Positions 49,421 to 60,912 of a DNA stretch of 64,000 nt are shown here, in pieces. Made by a program: the position numbers and the translations under genes. The notes under the pieces are model-generated. The model ran no database searches. It was not told the DNA's origin and saw only the letters and a list, made by a program, of their open reading frames with translations. The stretch is taken from positions 545,919-609,918 of the forward strand of contig MNCI01001451.1 in assembly GCA_015680685.1 (NCBI GenBank), written 5' to 3'. Each line of letters opens with the position of its first letter. Position 1 is the stretch's first letter. Source of the DNA: Gnetum montanum (taxonomy: Eukaryota; Plantae; Gnetophyta).

Positions 49421-52400
49421 ATGAAGATTTTCAGTTGAAATTGCAAGGGGCAGGGTACCCCCTATAAACGAAATACCCTGCGCCGAATTGTCAAAGAGGA
49501 GAATTGTGATGTGGTTTGCCTCCAGGAAACCAAGTTGCAGGCTGCGGAATCTGGTCACCTCTAGTGGACAGGCTGGACCACATACCTGCACCCTAGCCAG
49601 GGTCGGGCCAGCGGCCTGGCCATTCTTGCACGCCCTGCCACCACTCTAGTGGATGCCTCCCCATGGACCATCATGGTCCACGTTCCCGCCCATGGTTTTT
49701 GGCTGACCAACTTCTATGGGGCGCAGGCTTGGGAATTATGGCTCTAGGAGTTGAATCAGGTGGCCTTGCTAGTGCCTGACCACGGCTCCTGGGTGGTTGT
49801 CAGTGACTTCAACCAACGTTTGTACCCCTGGGAGAAATTTGGGGGGCCGCCCCCCCCCCCCCCGGGAGCGCCTAATTTCATGGAGTTCCTTGAGCGATTG
49901 TCTCTTGTTGATCTGCCCATTGCCAACTGTCGTTTCACCTGGAGCAACCGGCAGAAAGGGGTGCACCGTGTCCTCACCCGCATTGATCATGTTTGTGTTA
50001 GCTCTGCTCTCCTTCTTGGCACCGCCATCACCGTGACCGGGCAGGAGCGGGCTGCTTCTGACCACCGCTCGCTGGTGGTGTCCATTGGCCCGCCTCAACC
50101 CCGGGCCCCATGCCCTTTTCGGTTCGAGCCCTCATGGCTTACCAAGCCGTGGCTTCGCCCACTGGTGGAGAACATCTGGGCAGATTACTAGCCGGGTCAG
50201 ATGGACCCTCGGGCCTTCCTCAAAGAAGCTCTCCTTCAGCTCAAGTGGGCCATTCGGGCCCTCCCGGTGGGGGAGAAGTTTTCTTTTTGGGCTAGCCACA
50301 AGTTGGTTCGGGCGCAGCTCAGACACATCCAAGCACAAAAAGAGACTGGGGAGGACCTGCACACGAAGGAGATGCACCTCTTTCGTCAACTCCAGAGTCT
50401 CGACCACGAGGAGGAGATCTATTGGCGGCAGTGATCCCGGATTAGATGGCTCTGCGAGGGGGACCGACATACGAAATTCTTCTTCGCCATGGCGAAGACG
50501 CATGGCGAAACCCACATCCGTAGCATCCGTACCCAAGCTGGGGTGGTGGTTGATGACCTGTAGGGGATCGCCAATGAGCTCTCGGGTTACTGGGGGCGCA
50601 TTTGGGCCAAGCACACCACCCAACCCCTCTTCGTCCATGTGGCAAGGATGCTCATTGCTGTGGATAATCAGCATCTTCTGGCCCCCTTCTCTGAGACAGA
50701 ATTGACCAACACCATCAACAACATGCCGGGAGGTAAAGCGCCTGGACCGGACGGTTGGTCACTGGAGTTCTTCAGAGCTTTCTTGGATATTTTGGGCCCC
50801 AATCTTCTAGATGCTTTCAACATCATGCTGGCCAGACGGCAAGTACGGCGCGAACTCAACTGCTCGTGCATCATCTGCATCCCAAAACAGTTGAATGCAC
50901 ACCGCCCAGAGCACTTTCGTCCCATTGGTGTGTGCAATGTCCTCATTCGCATCTTCTCCAAACTCCTGGTCAACCGTCTGGGCCCCCTCTTGCCTAAGTT
51001 GGTTGGACGCAATCAAGCAGGCTTCGTCCATGGTAGAACCCTTCAGGATCAGGTTCTTCTTATGTAAGAGGTCCTTCACTCCCTCTGTACTATGGGGTTT
51101 CCTGGTCTATGTCTCAAGCTAGACATAGCGAAGGCATACGACATGCTTAGCTGGGATGCCCTACATGACCTCATGCATAGGAAAGGCTTTGACCCTGAAT
51201 TTATCCAACTATGTTTGCATATCCAGTCCTCTGTTGGGTTCTCTTTTGACGTGGGGGGGCGGCTGTGGGGCTTTTCCTTCCCTGGTAGAGGTTTGAGGCA
51301 AGGCGACCCCCTATCCCCCTTGCTTTTCATCATTGCCATGGACCTCATGCAATCCTACTATAGCACCTCAGGGGTGGAGGGCCTAGACATTGCGGGGGTG
51401 GATTGCCGTGTTGAACACTACGCTGACGATACCATGCTTCTCAGCCGGGCGGCGGTCCCGCAGGCCCGGTGTATCAACCTGGCCCTGACCCGATTGGCCA
51501 TTGAGTTAGGTTTAGAAATCAACCACACCAAGTCGGCGGCGTACTTCATCAATGTGGACCCGCAGGTGCAAGACCGGGTTACACAAATCCTGAAAGTTCA
51601 ACCCGGGAAAATCACCGATACCTACCTTGGTATCTCGCTGTTCCAGTGGGGACGGAACAATACTTGGACCCCCCTCCTGGGCAAGCTCGAGAAACGCATC
51701 AATCACTGGGCTAACCATTTTCTTACGCGCAAGGGCCACCTCCTCGTGGCCACTGGGATCCATGCGGCCACTACGCACTTTGTGGCGGCGGTCGCCGAGC
51801 CCCCCGTGGCCATCATCCACCATATCAACGCCAGGATCCGCTGTTTCATTTGGCGGGGGGGGCAAAGGGGGGAGCAAACTCCATCTTGTCAACTGGCACC
51901 GCGTGGCCCGTCCTCATACAGCGGGGGGGTTGGGGGTCATGACTTTCAAAGATGAGTGCACGATGGGGCAGCAATGGCTGGTCAACCGGCTCACGCGTGC
52001 GCGGGGGGAGTGTAGTTAGTGGGCCAGCATCGCCCACCAGAAATACACGCTTTGGCTACCTGGATCGCACGTTTCGAGGCCTTGGCTGTCCATCTGTCGG
52101 CACATGCGGTGGATGCTGAGCCTGAACTGGATCCACCTTGAGCCACGCACCATCCTGACCCATAAATATCCCCCGGAGGACAGCTGGCAGGCGATCTGGC
52201 GCGGGTGGCTCCCCGAGAAAGTTAAAATCTTTCTCTGGCTACTCGAATCTATCGCGCTCCCCGTGCATGCCGTACTGCAGCAGCGCAGCATCACGCATGA
52301 CACCACATGTCCGCGCTGCAGCATTAGCCCTGAAACCCTCAACCACTTCATCTACGACTGCCCCTACATGATTGCCACTTGGCGCGCATGCAGAATGCCC

Positions 52401-52500
52401 CCCCCCCCCCCCCCCCCCTCGTGGGGATTTGATGGCGACTCCTGGTTGGCGCTATTGTTATGGCATGCCTGGAAGGTGCGGAATTGCACGGTATTTGCAC
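49421..52500 (+). pseudogene. LINE ORF2: APE endonuclease, reverse transcriptase, zf-RVT
   Basis: MKIFS*NCKG, CLQETKL, SDFN, SDH; KAPGPDG, FRPI, KLDIAKAYD, RGLRQGDPLSPLLF, YADD; CPRC...ETLNHFIYDCP; WHAWKVRN. Confidence 0.93.
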
Positions 52501-52502
52501 AN

Positions 52503-53903
52503 AGCAACTTGTCCAGCGGACCTGCAGAGCGTGGCGTGAGATTGCGGAAGCCATGGGGAAGACACCGACGTACGAACCTGACTGCGTCGTCTACCAGGAT
52601 GATGAGGAGCTGTGGCGGATGGTCTGCCAGTGCGGCTGGGCCGCCCTGCTGTAGAGGCTAGTCGGGGACCCTGACCTTCCTGACAATTCATTCTTTACTA
52701 ACTGGCACGGGGATCAGACCTACTTTCAAGGCCGAGAAATTCGCCTCATGAAAGCCAGCCTGGACAACTACCTGGGGGTCCCGACCGCTGGGGAGGTCAT
52801 CCTGCTGACCTCCCGCGGCCTCCATAACTCTGCGACCTTCTTCAAGGGGCTTTCCCCGAGAACCCGGAGCCGTCAGGTCCCTCGGACTTCCCTCCTGCGC
52901 CTCTGGGCTCATGCTGTTGCCTTGGTGGAACGCTTTTTTGTCTAGTCGGACAATGTTTCCAAGCTCCAGGGGCTACATTTTGCTTTCCTGCGGTGCTTGA
53001 AGGAAGGCACCTAGGTTAACCTGCCGTGTTTCTTCCTCGAGCCCCTCTGCCTTAAACGACGCGGTCACCACTCGGGGTTAATTTTAGCTCTGTGGCGGGG
53101 GGCGGGGGGCGGGGGGCAGGGGGCACCAGGCCCATCCTCTGCCCCCACTAGGGGTCACCTTGCTGATGCCCCCCTACTTCCCCCACTTCCCCCACCCCGC
53201 CCACTCAACAGCGGTGGGCCACTTTCAACCTTACCTAGGGATGCCACTCTCGCCGCAATCCTGCCCCCTCGCCTGACCCCCCTAGTGCACCCCCCGAATT
53301 GGGAGGCAGAACTTCAACAGGTGGTCGCTGCTGCTCGGGAGCCGAGTGACAGACTTCGGAGATTAGGTGGACCGAGACCCTGACCCAGTGGCGTGCCGGC
53401 CACGAAGCCCAACTTCAGGAACAAGCACAACAGCTGAACCGGCAGCACACACTCACGATGGAGACCTTGCCGGCTCACGGATGAGCTCCGGGACCGAATC
53501 AGGGAGGAGCTGCATCAGGAGGAGGTGGCTCGTCTGGCCCAGGAGGCGGTGGCCCGGGAAGAGTAGGAACGCCTGCAAGAGGAAGAAGAGTAACGGCAAT
53601 GACAACTCGACCGGGCACATCAGCACAGCGCCCGCTAGTGGCTCAGGGGGGGGCACTGCCCGTATAGCATTTTGGGCATTAGCTGTGAGAGCTCCTGGGG
53701 GGAGCTCAGATGCCACATCAGACGCACGTCTTCTAGATTCCACCCCGATGTGGGGGACTCCTCGGCAGACCGGAGCAGGCGCGAGGCTCTTATGTAGGGC
53801 TTCCAACAAGCCGTAAACTTCATGGACACCGAGGAGCATCGCGCCACCCTGGACCTGCTTCATGGGCTGGAGCGGCCTCGATGTGCCTGTCGTCACCTAC
53901 CGA
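52503..53903 (+). pseudogene. Extra LINE coding region (ORF2 extension or ORF3): plant-transposon domain, Pro-rich linker, coiled coil, J-domain
   Basis: GWAALL...FFTN...GREIRL...LDNYLGVP...VNLPCFFLE...GLILAL; EELHQEEVARLAQE; CPYSILGI...RFHPD...FQQAVNFMDTEEHRATLD. Confidence 0.72.
53657..53854 (+). other. DnaJ-type J-domain with HPD motif (53741-53749)
   Basis: CPYSILGISCESSWGELRCHIRRTSSRFHPDVGDSSADRSRREALM*GFQQAVNFMDTEEHRATLD matches J-domain spacing. Confidence 0.8.
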
Positions 53904-54011
53904 NNNNNNNNNNNNNNNNNNNNNNNNNNNNNNNNNNNNNNNNNNNNNNNNNNNNACCATACTTTCAGTAATACAAACCTAAACATTCTCTCAAAAAAAA
54001 AGATGCTCCCA

Positions 54012-55800
54012 AAAGACATGATAAATATTGTGAGCTCCTATAGAACCCCACATTGGTAGCCCCAAATGAGCCACCAATCCCCAAACACTTTAGCCTAGAT
54101 TAATTTTGTTACTACCACTAGTTTCTTAGTCACAACACCAATTTTTGCATGGCCCTATAGGATGACCTCCAAAGAATGATTGATAGAGGTAAGTTGGTAC
54201 TTGATGCTACCAATGTATTTAGGCCTCAAAACCAATCCATGAGGATGCATAAGGACCCTCTAAATGCAGATAGTATAGGCTATGTTATCAATTATATCAG
54301 TGTTGATAACATAGAACTGGAACTACAACTGTTCATGGTCCAAGTGCCCTCTGGTAGCCCAAGGGCCTCCTTAGCCCTTGCAAGTTCAAGGCCCCCTTTC
54401 ATTGTTAGAGTGCCATCTCAAGCACTCACAACACCCTTTGTGGTTAGGGTCCCATCCCATGTTGCATCAACGACAACCTCCCAGCCACCCTTCATGGTTA
54501 GGGTGTTGCGACATGCTAACTCCTCACCTACCAAGAGTCTAGTAGTGGTTAACACATTAGTCCCCTCATGTCCAAGGGTCAATCCTACTGGCAACACTAA
54601 CAGACCCTCTAGGTGGCAGCTTGAGAGGCCCAACAAGCATCTCATGAATGGGATGATTAGGCAACATTAGGAGCAAAGAGAGCTCAATCCATCAAAGCTA
54701 GTACTCCTATCCACAATTCCCATGGCCAAAACAACTAAGGAGGCCACCACTAGCAACCTGCAACCAAGAATTGGGGCCCCTACATAGGCCAAGCAAACCA
54801 AGCCCAAGTCCCCTCCATAGGAGATCCATCTCTTAGGACATATGAAGGAAGTCAATGCTAGCAAAAGCACAATTGATGGTAGAGACTTTGTAGATGCATT
54901 AGCCCAAGTTAAGCAAGTGCTAAAGTAGAAGAATATCATGTTAAGCCTATATGACCTAATAATGGCCTCATCTACCCACCATGAAGCACTAGTGCAAATG
55001 TTGACCTCCATTCCTATCACGGAGGACATCCAAGTAGATGAATATTCTATCCACATTATGATGTTGCCTCTTGCAATACAAAAATTGGGCTCAACACCCC
55101 TTGCATTTTTTGATGAGGTGATTAAGGTTGACCTTGAACAAGATGAGGCCATAACAACCCCAATGTTTATCACCATACATGTTGGCCAATGCAAGATTTG
55201 GAGGGTGCATGTCGATGATAGGACAACAAAAAATGTTATCCCATACATCATCATTGACAAGCTAGGCCTCATAGAACAAATCAAGTTGGTAAAACCTATG
55301 TGCCTAAAATGCTTCAATAGGTCATGCATCACTATTAGGGGCATGGTAACCATAGCCTTCGTGGTAGGGGAGCAATTCTTCATCACTGTGGAATTCATAG
55401 TCATAGAGGAGATGCTAGGATTTTACTTAATCTTAAGTAGGCCTTGGTTGGCCCAACTATGGGGCCATCTCCTCCTTGATTCATCAAGAAATCTACCTAT
55501 GGTAAAGTTATCATCCATGGTGATAGCATTTCTCCTCTAGCTATCAACAACATAGATATGGAGCAAGGGTCAGAGGTGGAATTTCCTAATGACATATTCT
55601 CAAAAAGGGATGAGGATGAAACGTGTGAGGCAAACCCATCTAAAAGGATAGAAGAAGATAGTGGCTTACCAGAGGATTCCCTATGGGTAGAATTGCCCTT
55701 CAACATAGTGAGTGAAGGATAGGAAGACTACTAAATAGTGACCTCTAGGCCCTATGTGCCCCCTAATTCACACTGGGTTAGGAAGCAACTATGTGACTAA
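54012..55800 (+). pseudogene. gag 3' part and protease of E3
   Basis: PFIVRVP/PFVVRVP repeats; LSLYDLI; WRVHVDDRTTKNVIP; LILSRPWL; WVELPFN. Confidence 0.85.
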
Positions 55801-56054
55801 GGTATCCCCTTAGTCCAAAAGTGTGCTAGGGACCAGCCTATTGTCCTTGCATCTTGCATCCTACTCCCCATTTACATTGCATTAGCACTATAACATATTT
55901 TTTGCATTTAGCTTAATCACCTAGCTTACAATTTGCATTGCCTATGCATTCAATAGCTTACTGTACATTTTTGCTATTGTTGCTTTAGTGGATTTGCTTT
56001 CATGCATAAAAATCATAAAAACTAAAATTACAAAAAGAGATATTGCAACATACT

Positions 56055-56375
56055 AGGTCCAAAATGGCCTTAAACTACTATAGGGCCTAAAATGACCTTA
56101 AACTACCATGGAGCCCAAAATGGCCTTAAAGTACCACAGGGCTTGGAATGGCCTTAAACTACCATTGTTAGTTCCATCAACATGGCCCACAATGGTCCTA
56201 AAATAGCAATATCACAACCCAAAATAGTCTTAAGCTAGCAACACACACATCCCAAAATGGCCTTAAACTATCACCTTTAATCCCAACACATGTGGCTTGA
56301 AATAACCTTAAACTAGCATCGGTCCTCCTGCTATGGCCTTCAACTAGCATGGGGCTCACAATGGCCTAATTATGC
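56055..56375 (+). repeat. aaatggccttaaacta motif array after the E3 protease
   Basis: About 10 copies separated by variable spacers. Confidence 0.85.
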
Positions 56376-56601
56376 TATCGCCACAAAATACTAAGTTAGC
56401 ATATTAATTTATTGCATTATAACCATAGTAAGCACATAGCAAATAAAACATAAAGAAAAAGAGTTTTACACATTACACATTACATATGGTGAATACATTC
56501 ATTACATATAAATAGCAATACATAACATGAGTAGCATCATGTGGCAAAACTATAGCAAAAATAGCAAAAAATCCCAATAGTAGAGATATATTTGGACATG
56601 A

Positions 56602-59600
56602 TTAACTAGTGGTGCTAGGTGGAGGTGAAGGTCCTTCATCCTCCACTGTGTCTCTAGGGCCCGCAACATCTCCTAGTACCTGCCACCATAACCATAGAAA
56701 ATATGCATCATTAATAAGAAAACATGTACTATACAAGCTAACTCAAAACATGCAAAATAGCAGAAAACACAATAATAAAAACTAACCTAGGAGGGTCTTG
56801 CATTGGTGACTTCTAGAGGCAACTTTTCAAGGCTAGCCTCCAAGCATCAGAGGGTCTCGAGCTCAGAAAGTTGTGTTTAATCCTCTTGACCAAAGTCAAT
56901 ACCCACAAGGTCTTGCCTTTGTCCATGATAGTCCATAAGGGTAACTCCATCGAAAAGGCTGTAGAAGAAGCCTCTCCTAAAGGGGTGATAACATCCCTTT
57001 TAGGAGAGCCACTCACGATAGTATGCTACATGAACAACTCATATGCCTACCTTCTACCTATTGCCTCAAGAAATATCTGGAGGCGATGATGTTCGGTAGA
57101 CTCATCCTTATACCATTTTAGGTATGCTTTGTGCTCATGCTTGTATTGGTTCTTATGGTCCTTCTGACTTTGCCCCCATCAGTACACCATTGTGCTATAA
57201 TTTTTCCAATCTTGATTCTTCTGGGCAAGCAAGTCTATCTACAATTACTACTTAATTAGCTCCCGTGTGGCCTCATTTTTTCCTTTGAGAGCTATCCAGT
57301 ATTAGGCATACTCTATCTCAGAGGTGTGTCAGGTGCTATCTCCTTGTACTCTAGTTGCTAAGAAATCATATCTAGATTGAAGATCATTGATCTTTGTATC
57401 ATGGCTAGTCACTCTCTCCTATAACTTATGCATGCATTTCCATAGGTGCTCATTTGAGCACCTACAAACCCACAATGCCTTCACATAAGAAAGTGTGCAC
57501 TTTCTCGATGTCTTGTACATGTGACAAGATACCTAATTGACTTTAGGAGGGAGGTTAGGAAGGACATCCACCTTGGCCACTTTGCTCAGATCCTATTAAA
57601 TCTTAGAACCTATAGGCATGCAACAAGCAAACAATCCTAGCCAACAATTAAGCATGAAAGTAGTAGAGTAACATAAAGTAAAGCAACATTGCACATACCA
57701 AGCTTTGGATCTCTGCCTATTGCAAGTAGTTCACCATGTCCTCAATAATACCTTCTATGAAAGTAAATTTATTAGGCATGTCTACCCATGGCTCCATGTG
57801 GTAGGTAAATGTGGAATGACTTGTAGGAACATATGATGCTATAACACAACGATGCAATTAGCATATAACCAAACAGCTAAAGATGCTAGAGTAAGAAAGC
57901 ACTAACAGATGGCAATGCAAGTTAGTTACCTAGCAAGCCCTTACGTGTGAGTGTAGGGGGTTCACCCAACTACACACCATCAAGTAGGATATCAAAATCA
58001 CCCCCATTATGGTGGAGTAGCCCCTCTTCCTCCAACTATTGGAGGATCTCTACTATCTCAGGTAACTCATCCTCATGAGCCTCTTCCTCCTTAGCTTGAG
58101 GGGGTGCTTCTTTTGCTACCACCTTGACTGCTACTCTTGCAGCCCTCTCTTTTGTCTCTACAATTAACACATATGCATGTCATTAGCTAGATAATAGAAA
58201 AACATAAAAATATAAACATACATTAATACAATATATGCATCTAAGAAGTTATAAATACTAACATGCAACTACTATGCATAAGCCTTGAAGCTTAATATAG
58301 ATCTTCTTCTTACTTAGACTTCTAACCTTAGGGCCAACCTCCTCTGTAGGACATGACCTCTTAATCTTAGCCTTAGATAACCCCACTATTTCTACAATAT
58401 AGCAATCTACCTTAGTCACATCCTCGGTGCCAACTGGGGGACCCTCACTTGCACTATCGCATGAGTAATGCGATTGCCTCATGGAACCCTTAGTCATTAC
58501 AACTAATGACTCATCAATATCCTTTTGGGGGGTCCTACGGGTGTGTGATCATAAACATGTGTTTAATCCACGGCTTGGAGAGCTACTTTTGATCTTGCAC
58601 AATCCATCACCTACCATTGCACACAACCAAAAACTCTATGAACCTTTGTAGGTATCCTGCAAAGAACGTGAAGTGGACATGCAACCTCACCTAGAGATTA
58701 AACCATAGCTTGAAGATCTCTGCATGTAAGGCAGTGGTGATATAGGTAGCCTAGTTGAACCTCGTACCCTCTAGCAACACCTCTTTCATCATCCATGCTT
58801 GCTTCAACCAAGGATCTTTCCTTGGAAGAGAAACTTTGGGAAGGCATGAGCATAGAAAAGAGGGTAGAGCTCCTGCATCTTAGGCATGAGCATATCCTTA
58901 ATTGGAATGCCCTTGCGAGATCAAGTGGCCCCCAACCACTCCTTGATCTCCCCTCTACGGTCCACCTTCCTTCTAGCCTTATCAACAATAATTAGGCTAT
59001 CAGTGGGGAGTCCAAAGAGGTCAACAAAGAATGCCTTGTTAAGGTTAAGCACTATTGTCACATTGCACATTTGGATCACAAACTACTTGACATTGCTGCT
59101 AAAGGAGTTGATGATGGTAACCATTTAAGTCACTAGGATGCTTGGGCTAAGGGCCAAAAATAGGTCCATCAACCTTGCATGCATGAGCCAAGAAATTAGT
59201 GCATTTGATGCTTTATGGCACAACCAATGTTGCACACCATCCACATTGCCATACTTCATGATGAGGGTGGCCTCTATGCAGCCCATGATGATCACCATCA
59301 CCTTGCCTAAGGTAATCACCACTGCAACAAAATCAAAATAATGTGAGAATCATGCAAAAGCAAACTATTAGGCATACATGAGCAACCACATAAGCCAAAA
59401 CAATAGACACATACATGGCACAAATAGGGTGTGAGATGGAGGTAGCACCACAAGTATCTCCTCAGTGTTAAGCTCACCTATAGTCCATTTACCTCAGCCA
59501 ACCAACTATGAATCTAGCATCACTTGTATGTCCTTAGGTAATGAGTAGGGTAGACCTCCAGGTTAGACCCCACCTACTCAATCACTGCTGCTTGAACATT

Positions 59601-60216
59601 CGCGCTAGAAGAGAACATCTCTAGGGTAGTACAAGTTAAGTCTAGAGCATCCGCCTCATCATATAGGCTTTCCTCATCAACTCTAAACCTAGCATTAACC
59701 ATAAGAAGTTAGCAATGTTTATGGGCTAGTAGAAAAAAAAGAAAAACACTATGAAAGCCATAAAAGCACTTACCCTTTGGCATAGTAGATAGTTCTAGCT
59801 AGGTTTCGGAATAGGGTGTGCACTCGTAGCATGATAAAAAGGGTGTTGCTCTTATTGTAGCAACCAATTCCCATATCTTGGATAGGTACCATGCACTCTT
59901 AGGGGATCTTCTTGAACCACCTAATCCATCATTAGTAGTAGTAGGCTCATCTAACATGAACCTTAAGATGTCCTAGTTAGCCCCAAACAACAATGTCTCG
60001 ATGATGATGCTAGCAACCTTCATTGCTATGTGTGACCACATGATCATACTAAACTACTACAGCAAGTGTTCTAGGAACTCATGAGCCCTTGGCTAGAACT
60101 ACACTGCTTGATGGCCCACTTGCATATCTAGCACAGGCGTGTTGGGGATGGGTTCGCTTATGTAACATAGGATGCCTATGAGCTTCATGAAGATTAAGAC
60201 ATGCTACAACAGCACC
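56602..60216 (-). pseudogene. Antisense multi-exon accessory gene inside E3 (homolog of 3498-7206)
   Basis: Introns 59689-59773, 59322-59414, 58158-58262, 57839-57929, 57610-57698 and 56680-56786, all GT-AG. Peptides PRAHEFLEHLL..FSMIMWSH, MKYGNVDGVQHWLCHKA, MDKGKTL. Confidence 0.75.
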
Positions 60217-60912
60217 CTGCAATCGCCAAGCAACAAGTAGAACATTAGTATACATGGATAGATGCAAATTTTGACAATAAATTATGTAATTAAGTTAGCA
60301 AAATTAACATAATACAATATAGGCTAACAAAAAATTCTAACTTTGGAAATGCCCTCTAGGGGTCCTATGGGTATAGGACATCAACCAATCCATTTTGTGT
60401 TCCTAGTACTCATTGGGGTACAACATGTTTTCATAGAATTAGCATTAAATTTTGTAGGTTTAATATCATGCATGGTTTATAAAATTTTGACAATTTTTTT
60501 CTAACTCTAGATTGCCTCAGTGGGGAGCATAGTTTGGGCAATAGGGAGGCAAAATTTTTCTAACTCTATGGGCACTCTAACTACACTCTAAAACATGGTG
60601 AGCGTAGTTTGGCGAGAGTGTAGTTACCCATACTTAGCCAAAAATTTCAATTTTTTGTCACCCTATGAATTCCCAAGCCAATTTCACTCCCTAAACATGG
60701 CCAGCCCTCCCTAGAATTGTATGTCTAATGCATCTATGGTTTGTTAAGACCTAAAATTGGCATGCACATGGCTTACTGAGGCCTAAAACTAGCACAAACA
60801 TGCTTACTTAGGCAAATTTCATCACATTGTTTTCACTTCATTTATGCATATTAACTTCATTGAAGTATATGTTGCTTGATGTTTTTTTTGTTCATTGTTG
60901 TAGGAACATGAC

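Larger units (their letters stand above)
47329..53999 (+). mobile_element. L1-clade LINE inserted in E3 gag
   Basis: 12-bp TSD aagatgctccca at 47317-47328 and 54000-54011, and a short poly(A) at 53993-53999. Removing the insert restores gag KHIFEDAPKRHDKYCELL in frame. Confidence 0.95.
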
